Assembly: GCF_001194135.2 (NCBI RefSeq)
Contig: NC_068998.1
Location: 46,603,988-46,667,987, forward strand
Source of the DNA: Octopus bimaculoides
Taxonomy: Eukaryota
Length of the DNA: 64,000 nucleotides
Direction of reading: 5' to 3'
Positions 15,643 through 29,631 of this stretch are shown here, piece by piece (position 1 is the first letter of the stretch; every line of letters begins with the position of its first letter). The position numbers were made by a program, and so were the translations under genes. A model generated the notes under the pieces. That model was not told the DNA's origin. It worked only from the letters and a program-made list of their open reading frames with translations, and did no database searches.

Positions 15643-16218
15643 TATGAATTCATAACCAATGATTATTTTGGGGCTTGCTCTGTCAGAAATAACAGCCAAA
15701 TCCCCTACCAGTCACACTCTACCATCATTAATAACAGAAAGCTTTGCATGGTAATGTAGTCTTAGATTCTTTGTACCTGAATAAAAGAGCTGGAGGGTTT
15801 CAGTTGCAATACCTTTGATCACACACCTGCTTGATCACAACTGACCTGGAAATTGAGTGAATGAAACATAAAAAGATAATTGATAAGCTTTTGTTTTTAT
15901 TTTTCTTCTGTACGATAACGATGATGATAATAATGGTGCTGGTGGTGGTGTTGGTGGCAGCGGAGACAGTGGGAGTGCTGGTAACAGTAGCAACAGTGAG
16001 TTTAGGGGTGTTGTGGTTGTGGCGACAGTGGGTTTTGGGGGTTGTGGTGGGTAGGGGTGTAACTCAAGCGTTTATTCATTCAAACTGTAAAGCATATGAA
16101 ATGTGCAACAGAAATAGTTTTTGAATATTATTTTTGATTTGAACTTTGAACTCTTACAAACTGACAAAGGTACACTGACTGGGAGTAGATTTTTAAATGC
16201 ATATATGTGTGTGAGTTT

Positions 16219-16250
<32 letters not shown>

Positions 16251-19248
16251 CTGTATGCACGTGTATGTGTGTATGTGTGTATATATATATTTACAGGGCT
16301 TAGAAAAACTGAAGGACTGCTGCAGTAAGTGTGTGAATCTGAGAGGGGAACATGTTGAATAAAATCTCAATTAGCTGATCCTCTGGTATTTTCTTTTACT
16401 CAAAGCCAGGAACTTTTCAGCACTCCCACATATGTGTATATATCATAATCATCATCATCCAGTGTTTTAAATTTGGGTTTTGTCCCCATTAACAGTGGTT
16501 GCCGGATCTACCTCAATGCCATAGCAACTGAGGCTGGCAGGTGCAGCCCACCCCAACCTTTGGGTGGGCGGGCTGGCTGGTGCCCTTTCTCCCTTACTTT
16601 CATGAGGCTTTTTTGGAGCTGGATTTTCTACAGGGAGCATGCCCTTGCTTACCCCAGCATGGCCACAGTCAAACAACTGAAGCAAATAAAAGAATATATG
16701 TAACTGTAAACATTGTTATATGGTTAAGATATTCATGGTTACAGGGTCTAGAGTTCAATCCCAGCGTGCAACATCTTGAATCTTGTGCGAGTCTCTTCTG
16801 TTTTGCGAGCGTATTTAGCAGATGGAAAATTTGCTGAAGTATATGTGTGGGCGTTTAGTGTACTTCTCTCTCACACACACACACATCAACACACATACAT
16901 ACATGCTCATGCACACACACACATACATTCAAGGTCAGCATTGCTTTTCATGATGAAACAAGAAAACAGCGTAACACAAACGCTAAAATGCAACCCATGT
17001 TACTGTACTTGCAGGTCTTGACTTGTTTCGCCAGAGCGTCTCTCAGACATGATTTCTCTTAATTTGCCTAATTATGCAGTGTTATTTAGCTTTTCGAAAC
17101 AAGTTCTCAGAAACTGACGTAAAGAGAGAAAGACCCATGTGCATATATATATATGTGCGTGTGTTTGTGTGCATGTGTGTGTGTGTGTGCATATACACAC
17201 AGAAAACTTTGAAGTCACTGTCACCACTTTGTCTTTTAGAAGGACAATACATACAAAAGCCATGCTAAAACAGATGGTGAAGCTTGCTGCAATATCCTTT
17301 TGTACTCTAGGCATAAGGCCCGGATTTTTTGGGGATGGGGCCAGTCGATTAGGTCAACCCCAGTATGCAACTGGTACTTAATTTATCAACCCTGAAAGGA
17401 TAAAAGGTAAAGTTGACCTTGGCAGAATTTGAACTCAGAACATTAAGGCAGACGAAATACCGCAAAGCATTTTGCCCGGCGTGCCAGCGTTTCTGCCAGC
17501 TTGCAAGCCTTCTTGGTGCAATCTACTGCCCAGCCAGTTCATGTGGAACCATCCAACCCATGCCAGCATGGAAAACGGACATTAAATGATGATGATACGC
17601 ATACATACATGCACACACACACACACACGCATATATACAAACACAGACGCATACACACACGCCCCCCCCCACCACACATGTAATCCATGCTAGTATGGAC
17701 AAATGGAAGTTGAATGATGCTAATGAATATGTGTGTGTGTATGTATAGATATANNNNNNNNNNNNNNNNNNNNNNNNNNNNNNNNNNNNNNNNNNNNNNN
17801 NNNNNNNNNNNNNNNNNNNNNNNNNNNNNNNNNNNNNNNNNNNNNNNNNNNNNNNNNNNNNNNNNNNNNNNNNNNNNNNNNNNNNNNNNNNNNNNNNNNN
17901 NNNNNNNNNNNNNNNNNNNNNNNNNNNNNNNNNNNNNNNNNNNNNNNNNNNNNNNNNNNNNNNNNNNNNNNNNNNNNNNNNNNNNNNNNNNNNNNNNNNN
18001 NNNNNNNNNNNNNNNNNNNNNNNNNNNNNNNNNNNNNNNNNNNNNNNNNNNNNNNNNNNNNNNNNNNNNNNNNNNNNNNNNNNNNNNNNNNNNNNNNNNN
18101 NNNNNNNNNNNNNNNNNNNNNNNNNNNNNNNNNNNNNNNNNNNNNNNNNNNNNNNNNNNNNNNNNNNNNNNNNNNNNNNNNNNNNNNNNNNNNNNNGTTG
18201 GAATGGAGCTTGTATTACTACCATGGTGATAGATGTGTGTTGTGATGATGGTGGTGGTGGTGATTGTGATGAGGGTGGTGGTCGTTGTGATGGCGATGGT
18301 GGTAGTGTTGGTGGTTGGATGAGGGTGTTGGAGGCGATGGTGGTAGCGGTAGTGATGACAGTTTTGATGTCGATGGTAGTAGCCTGATGTTGGTAAGGTT
18401 GGCGACGGTAGTAGTTGTGATGGTGTAATGGTTATAGTGGTAGTGATATAGTGATGGTGGTGGTGGTGGTAGTAGTGGTGGTGATAGTGATTGTGGTCTT
18501 GGTGGTATTGGTTGTAATGGCTCTGTTATAGTTGGTGGTATTGGTGTTGGAAGTGGTGGTGGCTGCAGTGCAGGTGGTGGTGTTAATGCTATTAAGGGAA
18601 GTGTTAATAGAGATGATAATGGTAGTCTTGGTGATGATGATGGTCATGGTAGTTATAGAAGTGGTAACAATGCTGGTGATGTTGGACTGGTTCTATATTT
18701 AGGAGAATGGGATTATGTGACATTAAGGTGACAAACTGGCAGAAACTTGAGTTAGGGAGGCGGGGCAAAAGAGTAGGAGATGACTGACAGTGCAAAGCAG
18801 CAGCAGAATATTAATGATGATACAGTAGACAGGAGATGGACAAGAGCAAGAAAGATGACACACACCAGTCTCTTCTGCGGAGCTGTTAAGTTATGAGTGG
18901 GGGGGACATAAACAAACCAACACTGGTTGTCAAGCGATGGTAGTGGTGGTGGGACAAATACACCACAATCTGAAAAACATGCATTCACACACGCGCGTGC
19001 GTATACACACTTATGTACACCCAATAGGTTTCCACGAGGTTTTCATGAGAAAAAAGATGGGATGGTCTTGGTTGGAATGCTTTTGATCATAGGACTGTTT
19101 GATCAGACCAAGTATCCCTCCCCTCCTCCTCCTCCCTCCCACCATAGAATGCTATCCACTGCAAACCCTCTTCTATACACTTCCCTCCTTGCTCTACAAA
19201 CATTGACCTACAGAAAAGTTCATTTTTGAAGGTTAACTTTATTGATCT

Positions 19249-19289
<41 letters not shown>

Positions 19290-19475
19290 TTGGGCGTGAC
19301 CTGCAAAGATCATGGGTTCCTCTGTCTCTGGGTGTGACCTGCAAAGGTCACAAGCACTGCTTTGCACTTCATCCTCTGATCATGTATTTAATAAGTGTTT
19401 ATGTACCAGGGTATGGAGTTAATGATATAGTTCATGGTGTAGGTTATGTATATATGTATAAACACACTCATACAC

Positions 19476-19515
<40 letters not shown>

Positions 19516-19550
19516 NNNNNNNNNNATATATATATATATATGTTTGTATG

Positions 19551-19586
<36 letters not shown>

Positions 19587-19760
19587 TATATATGTAAATA
19601 TATATACATACACACATACACACACATATATATGTATGTATGTATATATAAATATATGTGCAATATATACACATATCTATATCATCATCATTTAACGTCC
19701 ATTTTCCATGCTGGCATGGGTTAGATGGTTTGACAGGAGTTGGCAAGTCAAAAGACTGCA

Positions 19761-19800
<40 letters not shown>

Positions 19801-20509
19801 ACGCACACATGATGCACAATCACACATGTATATACACACACACATAGATGTACACACACACACACACACACACATACAGACGCACATACACATATAGTAG
19901 CTGTTATTTACAAGAGGAGTACTGTTAGGAAGTGTGTGTGTGTGTGTGTGTGTGTGAGAAAGAGAAGATAAAGAAGAGATAGGAAGGGGTGGGAAAGAAA
20001 GAGAGCACTAAGAAGAGATTAAGCGATTATTAACGAAACATTAAATAATACACAGTTAAGTAGATCTTGAGAGATAATCTCTCTACTGCAATATATAACA
20101 TTGAGGCGGAGGTGTAGCACTGGTTAGTAGTGGTGGTCATGGTGTTAGGACATTGCTGGTGTTAGTGGCGGTGGTGGGAGATATAACAGTGGGGTAGCAT
20201 TGGTTTGTAGTGGTTGTGGTCTGAAGACAGTTTTAGTGGTGGTAGTGGTGGTAGGGATCATGGTATTAGCATCCTGCTGGTGGTAGTGGTGATGTTTGTG
20301 GTGGTGCTAGTGCTGGTGATGTTGGATAGTGGTGTTGATGGTGGTGGTGGTGGTGGTGCTGGTGCTGGTAGTAATGTTGGGACACTACAACTACTACTAC
20401 TACTACTACTACTACTTGTGTACACAAACTGTTTAATGGTACATTGATTGCCAGCTGTTCTTCTTAAACATCTGACCATGTTGGTCAATTGGTCAATATT
20501 GCAGTCATT

Positions 20510-20544
<35 letters not shown>

Positions 20545-20612
20545 TGGCCAGTGTGCATGTTGTGTAGTTTGTTGACCAAATGACCGGTTTTACTGATTCA
20601 TTCACCAGTTAA

Positions 20613-20679
20613 ATGCGAGTCTGGCGACGCTGGTGTTGGTGTTGGTTTGCATTGGCAAACACTATATCTACTGATGTTA
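20613..20679 (+). CDS. Candidate alternative first coding exon of the NHS-family gene (MRVWRRWCWCWFALANTISTDV-T)
   Basis: ATG at 20613 directly after an in-frame TAA, 22 codons plus 1 nt, then A|gtgagt. The phase-1 donor fits the phase-1 acceptor at 33220. Unique sequence between repeats; no homology evidence. Confidence 0.3.
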
Positions 20680-20799
20680 GTGAGTCTAGTTATGTTCTGG
20701 TGCCATGGGGCCCCTCTTCTCCCCACATTATCGAAACTTGACTGAACTTATTAACATCATTGTGTATGTACGTCTATATATATCTTTTATCTTTTGTCT

Positions 20800-21022
20800 T
20801 TTTCAAGTTGCAGTCAGTAGACTGTGGCCATGCTGGGGCACCACCTTGAAGAATTTTTTGTTGAAGGAATCAACTCCAGTAATTTTAAATTTTTGTTTTT
20901 CTTTTAAGCCTAGCACTTATTCTGTCAGCCTCTTTTGCCGAACTTCTAAATTATGGGGACATAAAAACACCAACACCACTTGTCAAACAGTGGTGGGGTT
21001 CAAACGCAGGCACAAAGGCTCA

Positions 21023-21076
<54 letters not shown>

Positions 21077-21230
21077 GCAGGTTTCTTTCAGTTTCCATCT
21101 ACCAAATCCACGCACATGGCTTTGGTTGGCCTTAGGCTATAATAGAAGACACTTGCCCAAGATGCCGTGCAGTGGGACTGAAACCAGAGACATGTGGTTG
21201 GGAAGCAAGCTTCTTACCATACAGCCATGC
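20800..21230 (-). mobile_element. SINE family A copy
   Basis: Reverse complement of 50408-50817 with internal (CA)n. Confidence 0.8.
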
Positions 21231-21727
21231 CTCTATATATATTATGCATATCATCATCATCATCATTTAGTTCCACTTTTCCATGCTTGAGTAATAAGAT
21301 GGAATTGGTCAAGTCAGATTTTCTATAACTTGGATGCCCTTCTTGTAACTATCTCTCACCTGATTCCAAGCAAGGTAATGTTTCCCCTGTGCCCAGATGT
21401 GCTTTTCATGGACAACTGGGAATGAACAACCTCACTTATGTGACGAAGGTGCTCGTTTACAACCATCACGTGATGTCAAGACGAGGAAGGGTATATACAC
21501 AAACCCATTCATACACGAGTGAGATGCAGGGCTCCAACTCGTGGTGGAGTGCAGGATGTGTGCAACCCGTACATGAAAGTGTATGTAAGATATTAATGAG
21601 GATGCTGATGAATGAGGTGGATGATGATGATGATGATTATGTGTGTGTGTGTGTGTGTGTAAATATATGAGACTCACATGCACACATGTGTGCGCACATC
21701 ATCGTCAGTAGCAACAACAGATGTGAT

Positions 21728-21758
<31 letters not shown>

Positions 21759-21812
21759 TTAGGGAAAATAACCAAGTTTCAAGAACTCATCGATGAAAAT
21801 CCACTATCGCAT

Positions 21813-22008
21813 ATAGAAAAATTAATAATTAAAAGCACAATAAATGAGTATAATATAAAGTAAAGTAAATATAAGATAAATATAATATAATATCATATTT
21901 ATCTTATGATATTTACTTTACTTTATATTATATTATATTTATCTTATGATATTTACTTTACTTTATATTATACTCATTTATTGTGCTTTTAATTATTAAT
22001 TTTTCTAT
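21813..22008. repeat. AT-rich palindrome (about 60-bp perfect arms) abutting an assembly gap
   Basis: atagaaaaattaataattaaaagcacaataaatgagtataatataaagtaaagtaaatat is the exact reverse complement of the sequence ending at 22008. Confidence 0.85.
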
Positions 22009-22279
22009 NNNNNNNNNNNNNNNNNNNNNNNNNNNNNNNNNNNNNNNNNNNNNNNNNNNNNNNNNNNNNNNNNNNNNNNNNNNNNNNNNNNNNNNNNNNN
22101 NNNNNNNNNNNNNNNNNNNNNNNNNNNNNNNNNNNNNNNNNNNNNNNNNNNNNNNNNNNNNNNNNNNNNNNNNNNNNNNNNNNNNNNNNNNNNNNNNNNN
22201 NNNNNNNNNNNNNNNNNNNNNNNNNNNNNNNNNNNNNNNNNNNNNNNNNNNNNNNNTATATATATATATATATATATAT

Positions 22280-22645
22280 TTACTCTTTTACTTGTTTCAG
22301 TCATTTGATTAAGGCCATGCTGAAGCACCACCTTTAGTCAAAGAAATCGACCCCAGGACTTATTCTTTGTAAGCCTAGTATTTATTCTATCGGTCTCTTT
22401 TGCCGAACTGCTAAGTTACGAGAACGTACACACCAACATCGGTTGTCAAAGTGATGTTGGAGGGACAAACACAGAAACATAAAGATGCATGATGATCTTC
22501 TTTCAGTTTCCGTCTACCAAATTACCAAATCTACTCAGAAGGCTTTGGTTGGCCCGAGGCTATAGTAGAAAACACTTGCCGAAGGTGCCATGCACTGCAA
22601 CTAAATCTGGAACCATGTGGTTGGGAAGCAAGCTTCTTACCACAC
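22280..22645 (-). mobile_element. SINE family A copy
   Basis: Reverse complement of the family A consensus from tail to head. Confidence 0.85.
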
Positions 22646-22649
22646 AGCC

Positions 22650-22710
<61 letters not shown>

Positions 22711-23499
22711 AGGGAATAAAAGAGAAAAAAATGTGTTGGAGGGAGGAATGGAAGAGAGACTGTAATTGAAGGAGAGGTACTGATGTTTGCCATTCACTGA
22801 GAGTCCAAGTTTTAAGTAGTCATAGAGGCAGGTGATGGCAAGGGAGAATTATGTGATCCATCACTAAACAGACATCACAGTAAGAGAGATAGATGGAGAG
22901 AGAGGTAGTGATGGTGGTTGTGGCAATTGGATTGGACAAGATCCAAGGTTGTCTCTCATTAATGGGCATCATCATAGAGTAGGAGAGTGTGGGGTGGGGT
23001 GGGGAGATAAGAGGGTATCAGAGAGATGGGGATGATAGAGGATGGAAGATTAACAGGGATATATAATGGGCACATGGCCTAGTGCTTAGTGCACTCACGA
23101 CTGCAAAATCATGGTTTTGATCTTCGGACCTGGCAGTTCATTGTGTTCTTCAGCAAAATACTTAATTTCATGTTACACTGCGATCACATCAACACCTGAT
23201 GTGTATTGCACTATGCACCTGTACAGGTAATGTGAATTTGATGGCGGGATCCTTTCAAGCAAATCGTCTGTGTAGATTGCTCTCAAAGAAACTGCAAAAC
23301 CAGCACTTGAGAAACCACAATAAAAAAAAAAAGGGAAAAGGGGTCTAGGTGAGGATTGATCCTACACCCCAGTCTCCATTTTCAATACAAATTTATGATG
23401 TTTCTACAGATGGGTGGGTATGTCCAGCACCTCATGTCACCAATAGTTACGGTCTTTTGTCATATCTTTCACCAGACTCAGCATCTTGAAATCAGTCTT

Positions 23500-23797
23500 C
23501 ATTCCACTTCTACGGGTTTGATCCACTTCAAGCACTCAACACTTGTTTATGCATCTGTCATCCTTCATACGTGTCTCGTACCCATACCAGTACAGTATGC
23601 TTTATCTGGTTCCTCTTATGCCCACTTTCAGCTCATTTGGGCTCCATTGTTCACGTCCCCTAACATGACACGGCTAGCAGAGCATGCTGACTCCATTTCT
23701 TTCTAGTCTTTTCAAATACCTTGCATTCAATGCCCAGATCTCTTTACTGTGCATTGCTGTTGTCTGCACACAAGTCCCATACAACCTACTTTTCACT

Positions 23798-23829
<32 letters not shown>

Positions 23830-23890
23830 TAGAGAGAGATTCTGATGTCTGCATATTAGTGACTCCCTGAACTTCTCCACCCCATTCTTA
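23500..23890 (-). mobile_element. RTE-clade LINE reverse-transcriptase C-terminal fragment with an (AG)n insertion
   Basis: KSRLYGTCVQTTAMHSKEIWALNARYLKRLERNGVSML...GIRGTR...YWYGYE resembles RTE GRLYxACVRxxMLxGSETW...RLERNExSML...RWYGHV. Confidence 0.7.
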
Positions 23891-24774
23891 CTCTGACTGC
23901 AAAGCTATCTGTACACATATCTACCCTGTTAATTAGGTCACCTAGGTAACAAAAGCTATCGATTACTTCTAGTAAGCTGTCTTAGTTATTATAAGGAAGT
24001 TATTTCACTTGCATTTTTCTACTACTACTACTACTACTACTACTACTTATTCATTATACTATTTATTAATCTATGCATCTGTCACATGATGTTTACCTCC
24101 TCTGTCAACCAGGCTGTGATCTGGTTACACGTCATGCTGTGCATCCGTACTTTACACCAGTTATGAGCAAACTGCAGCTTGCAGGGCTTTCTGAGTTGCT
24201 TGCCTCCTTGGATGCTATTAGTAATGCAATCTACTTGATGATGAGCCATGTCTTATGTGGATGCATGTGGCTTAGTGATTGGACTCATGATTGTAAGATT
24301 GTGGTTTCGATTCCTGGACTGGGTGACGCGTTGGGTTGTTGCGTAAAACGCTTCATTTCACCTTGCTCCTGTCTACTCAGCTGGCAAAATGAGTAATCCT
24401 CTGACTGACTAGTGTCCAGTCCAGGACATATATATATATATACAACCCATGCTAGCATGGAAAGCGGACGTTAAACGATGATGATGATGATGATATATAG
24501 ATAGATGGACACAAACACACTCGCTCGCTCACTCACTCACACATGCATGCACACACACACCACTTTCTAACTCCACCCCAACCCCCTCTCTTCTAAAACA
24601 TAAGTAGTGATGTAGCTCCCCTTCAGCAAGAAACCTATTCTATTTCAGACCTTTTCCTTCATGTTTTACCCCTCTTTTATTCCTTATTCTCCAAACATAA
24701 AAGTTCACCCTTCCCACACAAGGATCAGAGTCTTGCAGACTGCATATCAGCTTCACTAGAAAATACAAGCACCC

Positions 24775-25056
24775 AGCACACACTGGCCATTAACGTAGTT
24801 CTCGGGGATATTCAGCGTGACACAGTGTGACAAGGCTGACCCTTTGAATTACAGGCACAACAGAAACAGGAAGTAAGAGTGAGAGAAAGTTGTGGTGAAA
24901 GAGTACAGCAGGGTTCGCCACCATCCCCTGCCAGAGCCTCGTGGAGCTTTAGGTGTTTTCGCTCAATAAACACTCACAACGCCTGGTCTGGGAATCGAAA
25001 CCGCGATCCTATGACCGCGAGTCCGCTGCCCTAACCACTGGGCCATTACGCCTCCA
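24775..25056 (-). mobile_element. Young tRNA-derived SINE, family C; near-identical copy at about 15170-15642
   Basis: Head on minus strand ggaggcgtaatggcccagtggttagggcagcggactcgcgg...ggtttcgattccc (A/B boxes). Body nearly identical to 15308-15642. Confidence 0.85.
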
Positions 25057-25426
25057 TGGAGCATGATGCATTCCTTATGCATCTTACACCAACTCTAATA
25101 CAAGTTCTCTCTCTCTCTCTCACACACACACTTAAATACAGATTTTGAGATCTGTCTGTGAAACATTTAAGGAAGATAATCCTGCTTGATTTGGAGAGAT
25201 TAGAGAGATTATAGTAGTAGTAGTTCAAGTAGTACGTATGTAAGTAAATTAGTAGGTAATGTTACAAAGATAGGTATATATCTGTTAACACTTCCATATT
25301 TTATATGCACTCACTCTCACTCAAGCTCAGCCTTACTTTACTGTCAGCACTTGACTAAGTCACTATCAATCTATCCCTCTCTCTCTCCCCCTATCTATCT
25401 CTCTGTCTACCTGTACATATGTATAA

Positions 25427-25475
<49 letters not shown>

Positions 25476-26339
25476 GGTACAGTGAATACACTGTTGTCTA
25501 AATTATGCAAAAATGAACATAACACTGACATCTCATTTTAACATGTATTTACTGAGATTACCTAAAAATATCTTGAAATACTAAAGAGTAAATTTATTCA
25601 GTAAAATTGCCATTGGTTTCAACCAGGGCCTCCGAGCAACTTTGGACGGTCCCTTTGTTTAAGTTGGTGAATGTGCTTTCAGTTCTTCTTTGGAGCAGCT
25701 CAAGAACACAACACACAGCCCAGTCTTGGAATTGAACTCACCTCATGATTGTAAGCCTAACCAGTGAGCCATGTACCTTCACATTGTTTGTGTGTGTGTG
25801 TGTCACTGTGTCTATTTCATATATGTATATTTACCACCATTAGGATAGCATGACAAGAAACTTCAAGTAGTAGTGAAGTGTTTTGTCATTGAAATGAATG
25901 AACTCTACTACTTGTGTTGAGTACATTTTCTTCCACTTGCTTATTGAAATACCATACATAGACCTTCCCCCCCACCACACACACATACAAATACACACAC
26001 ACACACACATACATGCACAGACACACATATGTTCATATAGATACCGTACACAGAATTCACATTCATGCAACCTGTAAGCATAACACACATACGTTCTGCT
26101 GCAAGATTTTATGAAAATGTCAGGCATTATGAGAAAGCTGCTTAAAAATCGATGTTTGAGTCTTTGGTGCAGAAGGTGGACAGACGGAGTGGTGTGGACT
26201 GTTGGGTGGAAGGGCAGGGAGGTGAATGGATGTATGGAGGTTGTTCAAGGGGTGGATGGGGGAGTGGCTGGAAGGATGGATACGTAGATGGAATCATTTT
26301 GTTTCTCTGTTGCTGTCTGCAATACTAGAGTCATGCTGC

Positions 26340-26800
26340 TGTAGTAATATGACTGTAGTACCTCTAGTGTAACTGTAGTGTAACGTAACTGTGTGACTAA
26401 ATGTGACTGGAACTACAGTTATACTACAATTGTAGTGTAACTGTAGTTTGGTTGTAGTCACTCTAGTGTGTCTGTAGTGTGACAAGAGGGACGTCACTGT
26501 AATTCTAGTGTGATGGGAGTGTGACTGGCTGTGTGACTAATGTGACTAACATAATTGTAGTGTAACTGTAGTGTGTCTAGTGTGACAAGTGGGACATCAC
26601 TGTAACTCTAGTGTGATTGGTGTGTAACTGTTGTGACTGTAATATAATTGTAGTATCACATCAGTGGGGTTGTAGTGTGACTGGGGAGTGCAGTGGGCAT
26701 GTAGTGTGACTGTAGAGTAACTGTAGTGTGACAGTAGTGTAACTTATGTAATAATGGTGTGACTATGGTGTAACTAATGCAACAGTAATGTGACTAATGT
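26340..26800. repeat. Degenerate GTGTGACT/GTAACT-type minisatellite
   Basis: Recurring tagtgtgact, gtagtgtaactg and ctctagtgtg subunits. Confidence 0.7.
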
Positions 26801-27603
26801 GATGTGAAGTGACAGTCAAACTGCAACTGACAGTTGTAAACATGAAGTCAGTGTACACCAACATCAGTTCAGAAGAACTAAAATTTAGATCTAGACAGTT
26901 TAACTGTCAATGCAACTACCAATGCATTACCATTGTTACCACATCAGTCACCACCACCACCACCACCGCCACTATCTCCCAACATTACCACTGCTACCAC
27001 TACATCCATCAATGCATCGGAAGCCTCATCACCACCACCACCATCATTATCACCCCCCCACCCACCACCACTGCTACCAACATCACTGTCACCACTATCA
27101 TCACTGCTATCACCACCACCACAACCATCACCACTGTCATTACCACAACTGCTGCCGCCACCACCACCACCACCATCAACTCACCCAACTCCTGTAACAA
27201 ATCTATTCAAAATCTTTCATATCTGAAGGAAATTAAAAAGGAATTCTGTAGAAATAGTAAAGTTATCTCTGCCCCCTTCCCTCCCGTCTCCTCCCACACT
27301 TACCTTCCTCCTTGTCGTCGTCGTCGTCGTCCCCCTCCTCCTCTTCACTTCACTTCCACCCCCACATCAGGTTCTGTAATTAAGGAATCACAAATAAAGT
27401 TAGTAGTTTCTAAAAATAAATTTGAAAGAGATTAGCCATGAATGGGCGATACTTTGAAGCACCAACAAACAACAACAACAACNNNNNNNNNNCCACCCCC
27501 ACATCAGGTTCTGTAATTAAGGAATCACAAATAAAGTTAGTAGTTTCTAAAAATAAATTTGAAAGAGATTAGCCATGAATGGGCGATACTTTGAAGCACC
27601 AAC

Positions 27604-27677
<74 letters not shown>

Positions 27678-28064
27678 GCAGCAGCAGCAATAACAACAAC
27701 AATAACGATCATATCATACCATCAAGATCCAAGTGAAATTTTATGTGGCTGTTTGATCTGTTACAAATAGCAGCCATACTTCTTTGAAATCACACATTAC
27801 TTTTAGAAAAGGATGTGTTGGATAATATATATATAGTGCTGAGTTCATTGTACATGGTAAAAAAGATGGGGTGGCCATGTCTGGAACACCTTCGATACTA
27901 GGTCTTCTGGATCAAAGCTGACCTAGAACTAAACAAAAACAACTATAGCAACAAACATAATGACAAGATTTCTGAGAAGTTGTGGTGTAATTGTAGTTTG
28001 TACAGTAGTTTTAGTGGTGTGTGGTCGTAATGTGTGATTTTAGTAATGTTGTGTGTGTGGTACC

Positions 28065-29160
28065 AGGTGCATTCCGGAAGTATTGAGACTTTTTAGGAGA
28101 GATGTTTATTAATTTCAAAGTACCAAACTCTAATCTCCTTCAAAGTAGGTTCCTTTGACTTCAGTGCACTTGTAGTGTTCCAGTTTCTTTGGATGAAGGC
28201 CCCATGAAAATCCTTCAAAGTGAAGGTATCCAGGGCCTTTGTCACAGCCTCCTTCAGCTTAGGTAACACCCCCCACCCAAAGAAAAACAGGCAAGCACAC
28301 AGTGTAGAAATCTCTTCAGAGGAAATACTCCCATCTGACAAGTTTTTCGGCCCTTATACCTGACATTACGGGAGCTAGGCCCACCCAGGTCATGACACAT
28401 AGGTGTCCTCCTGCTGTTTCCCAAAATCCTGTCTCCAGTGGGATTTGAACCTAGGTTGTTCTTTGTGTTTGCAGGTCTGTATTCAGGTCTTTATCCAGCC
28501 CTGTCTTCGGCCACTCTGACCGACGAAGGAACCAGTTCTCTTCTTCCTTCTATTCTTGTAAATAACAAATAGAATCTATAACTAGGTCTATTGGTCATTT
28601 CTCTTTGCCCATATCCCATTGAGCTCTTTTCAACAATGTCAAACCCCAGTTACTTGGAGCAAGGTCAAGACTAGAGGGAAAGTGAAGGACAGTTTTGATG
28701 CCCTCTCTCTTAAGTTTTTGGTTACTTGGATGGAATTGTGAACTGGTGCATTCTCCTGGTGCATCTGCTTTCGCCTTTCGTGATGAAATCTCTTTCTGAA
28801 CTCCTTCAAAACGCCTGCAAAGTACTCTGTGTTGACCACCTGGCCAAAAGGGAACCCAGTGGATGTAGATAATGCCCATGCTGTCAAAAAAGGAGATCAT
28901 CATGAGCTTCCTAGTGGACTTGCGTTGCCTGGTCCCTTGTGCCAGCGAAAAGCAAATGCTCAGCTCCTACAAGTTAATCCATAAGCAGTTTGGAGCATTT
29001 CAAAAATTTCTGCTGTGCTTTCTCCCAGTTTGATATAAAACTATCGCATAAAAAGCTTCCAAATTGTCTTCACATCTTATCTTCATTCTGCAAACTAATC
29101 AGTTGTAACAAGCAGTGTTTAGCAGGGTGTGTTCAAAGTCCCCTTCAATCTAGTGCAAAA
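28065..29160 (-). mobile_element. Degenerate mariner transposon of a second family, interrupted about 28340-28590 and running into a gap
   Basis: Frameshifted MMISFFDSMGIIYIHWVP / GQVVNTEYFAGVLKEFRKR / HQENAPVHNS / FPSSLDLAPSNW, plus C-terminus LKEAVTKALDTFTLKDFHGAF. Confidence 0.8.
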
Positions 29161-29595
29161 AAAAAAAAAAAAAAAANNNNNNNNNNNNNNNNNNNNNNNN
29201 NNNNNNNNNNNNNNNNNNNNNNNNNNNNNNNNNNNNNNNNNNNNNNNNNNNNNNNNNNNNNNNNNNNNNNNNNNNNNNNNNNNNNNNNNNNNNNNNNNNN
29301 NNNNNNNNNNNNNNNNNNNNNNNNNNNNNNNNNNNNNNNNNNNNNNNNNNNNNNNNNNNNNNNNNNNNNNNNNNNNNNNNNNNNNNNNNNNNNNNNNNNN
29401 NNNNNNNNNNNNNNNNNNNNNNNNNNNNNNNNNNNNNNNNNNNNNNNNNNNNNNNNNNNNNNNNNNNNNNNNNNNNNNNNNNNNNNNNNNNNNNNNNNNN
29501 NNNNNNNNNNNNNNNNNNNNNNNNNNNNNNNNNNNNNNNNNNNNNNNNNNNNNNNNNNNNNNNNNNNNNNNNNNNNNNNNNNNNNNNNNNNNNNN

Positions 29596-29631
<36 letters not shown>

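Noticed and set aside
24985-25056. tRNA-like sequence with A and B boxes (also 15570-15642)
   Set aside because: It continues into a shared SINE body present in several copies, so it is a SINE head rather than a tRNA gene.
27356-27620. Apparent 127-bp tandem duplication
   Set aside because: Identical copies flank a 10-N gap, typical of an unmerged contig overlap; the same applies to 15422-15560.
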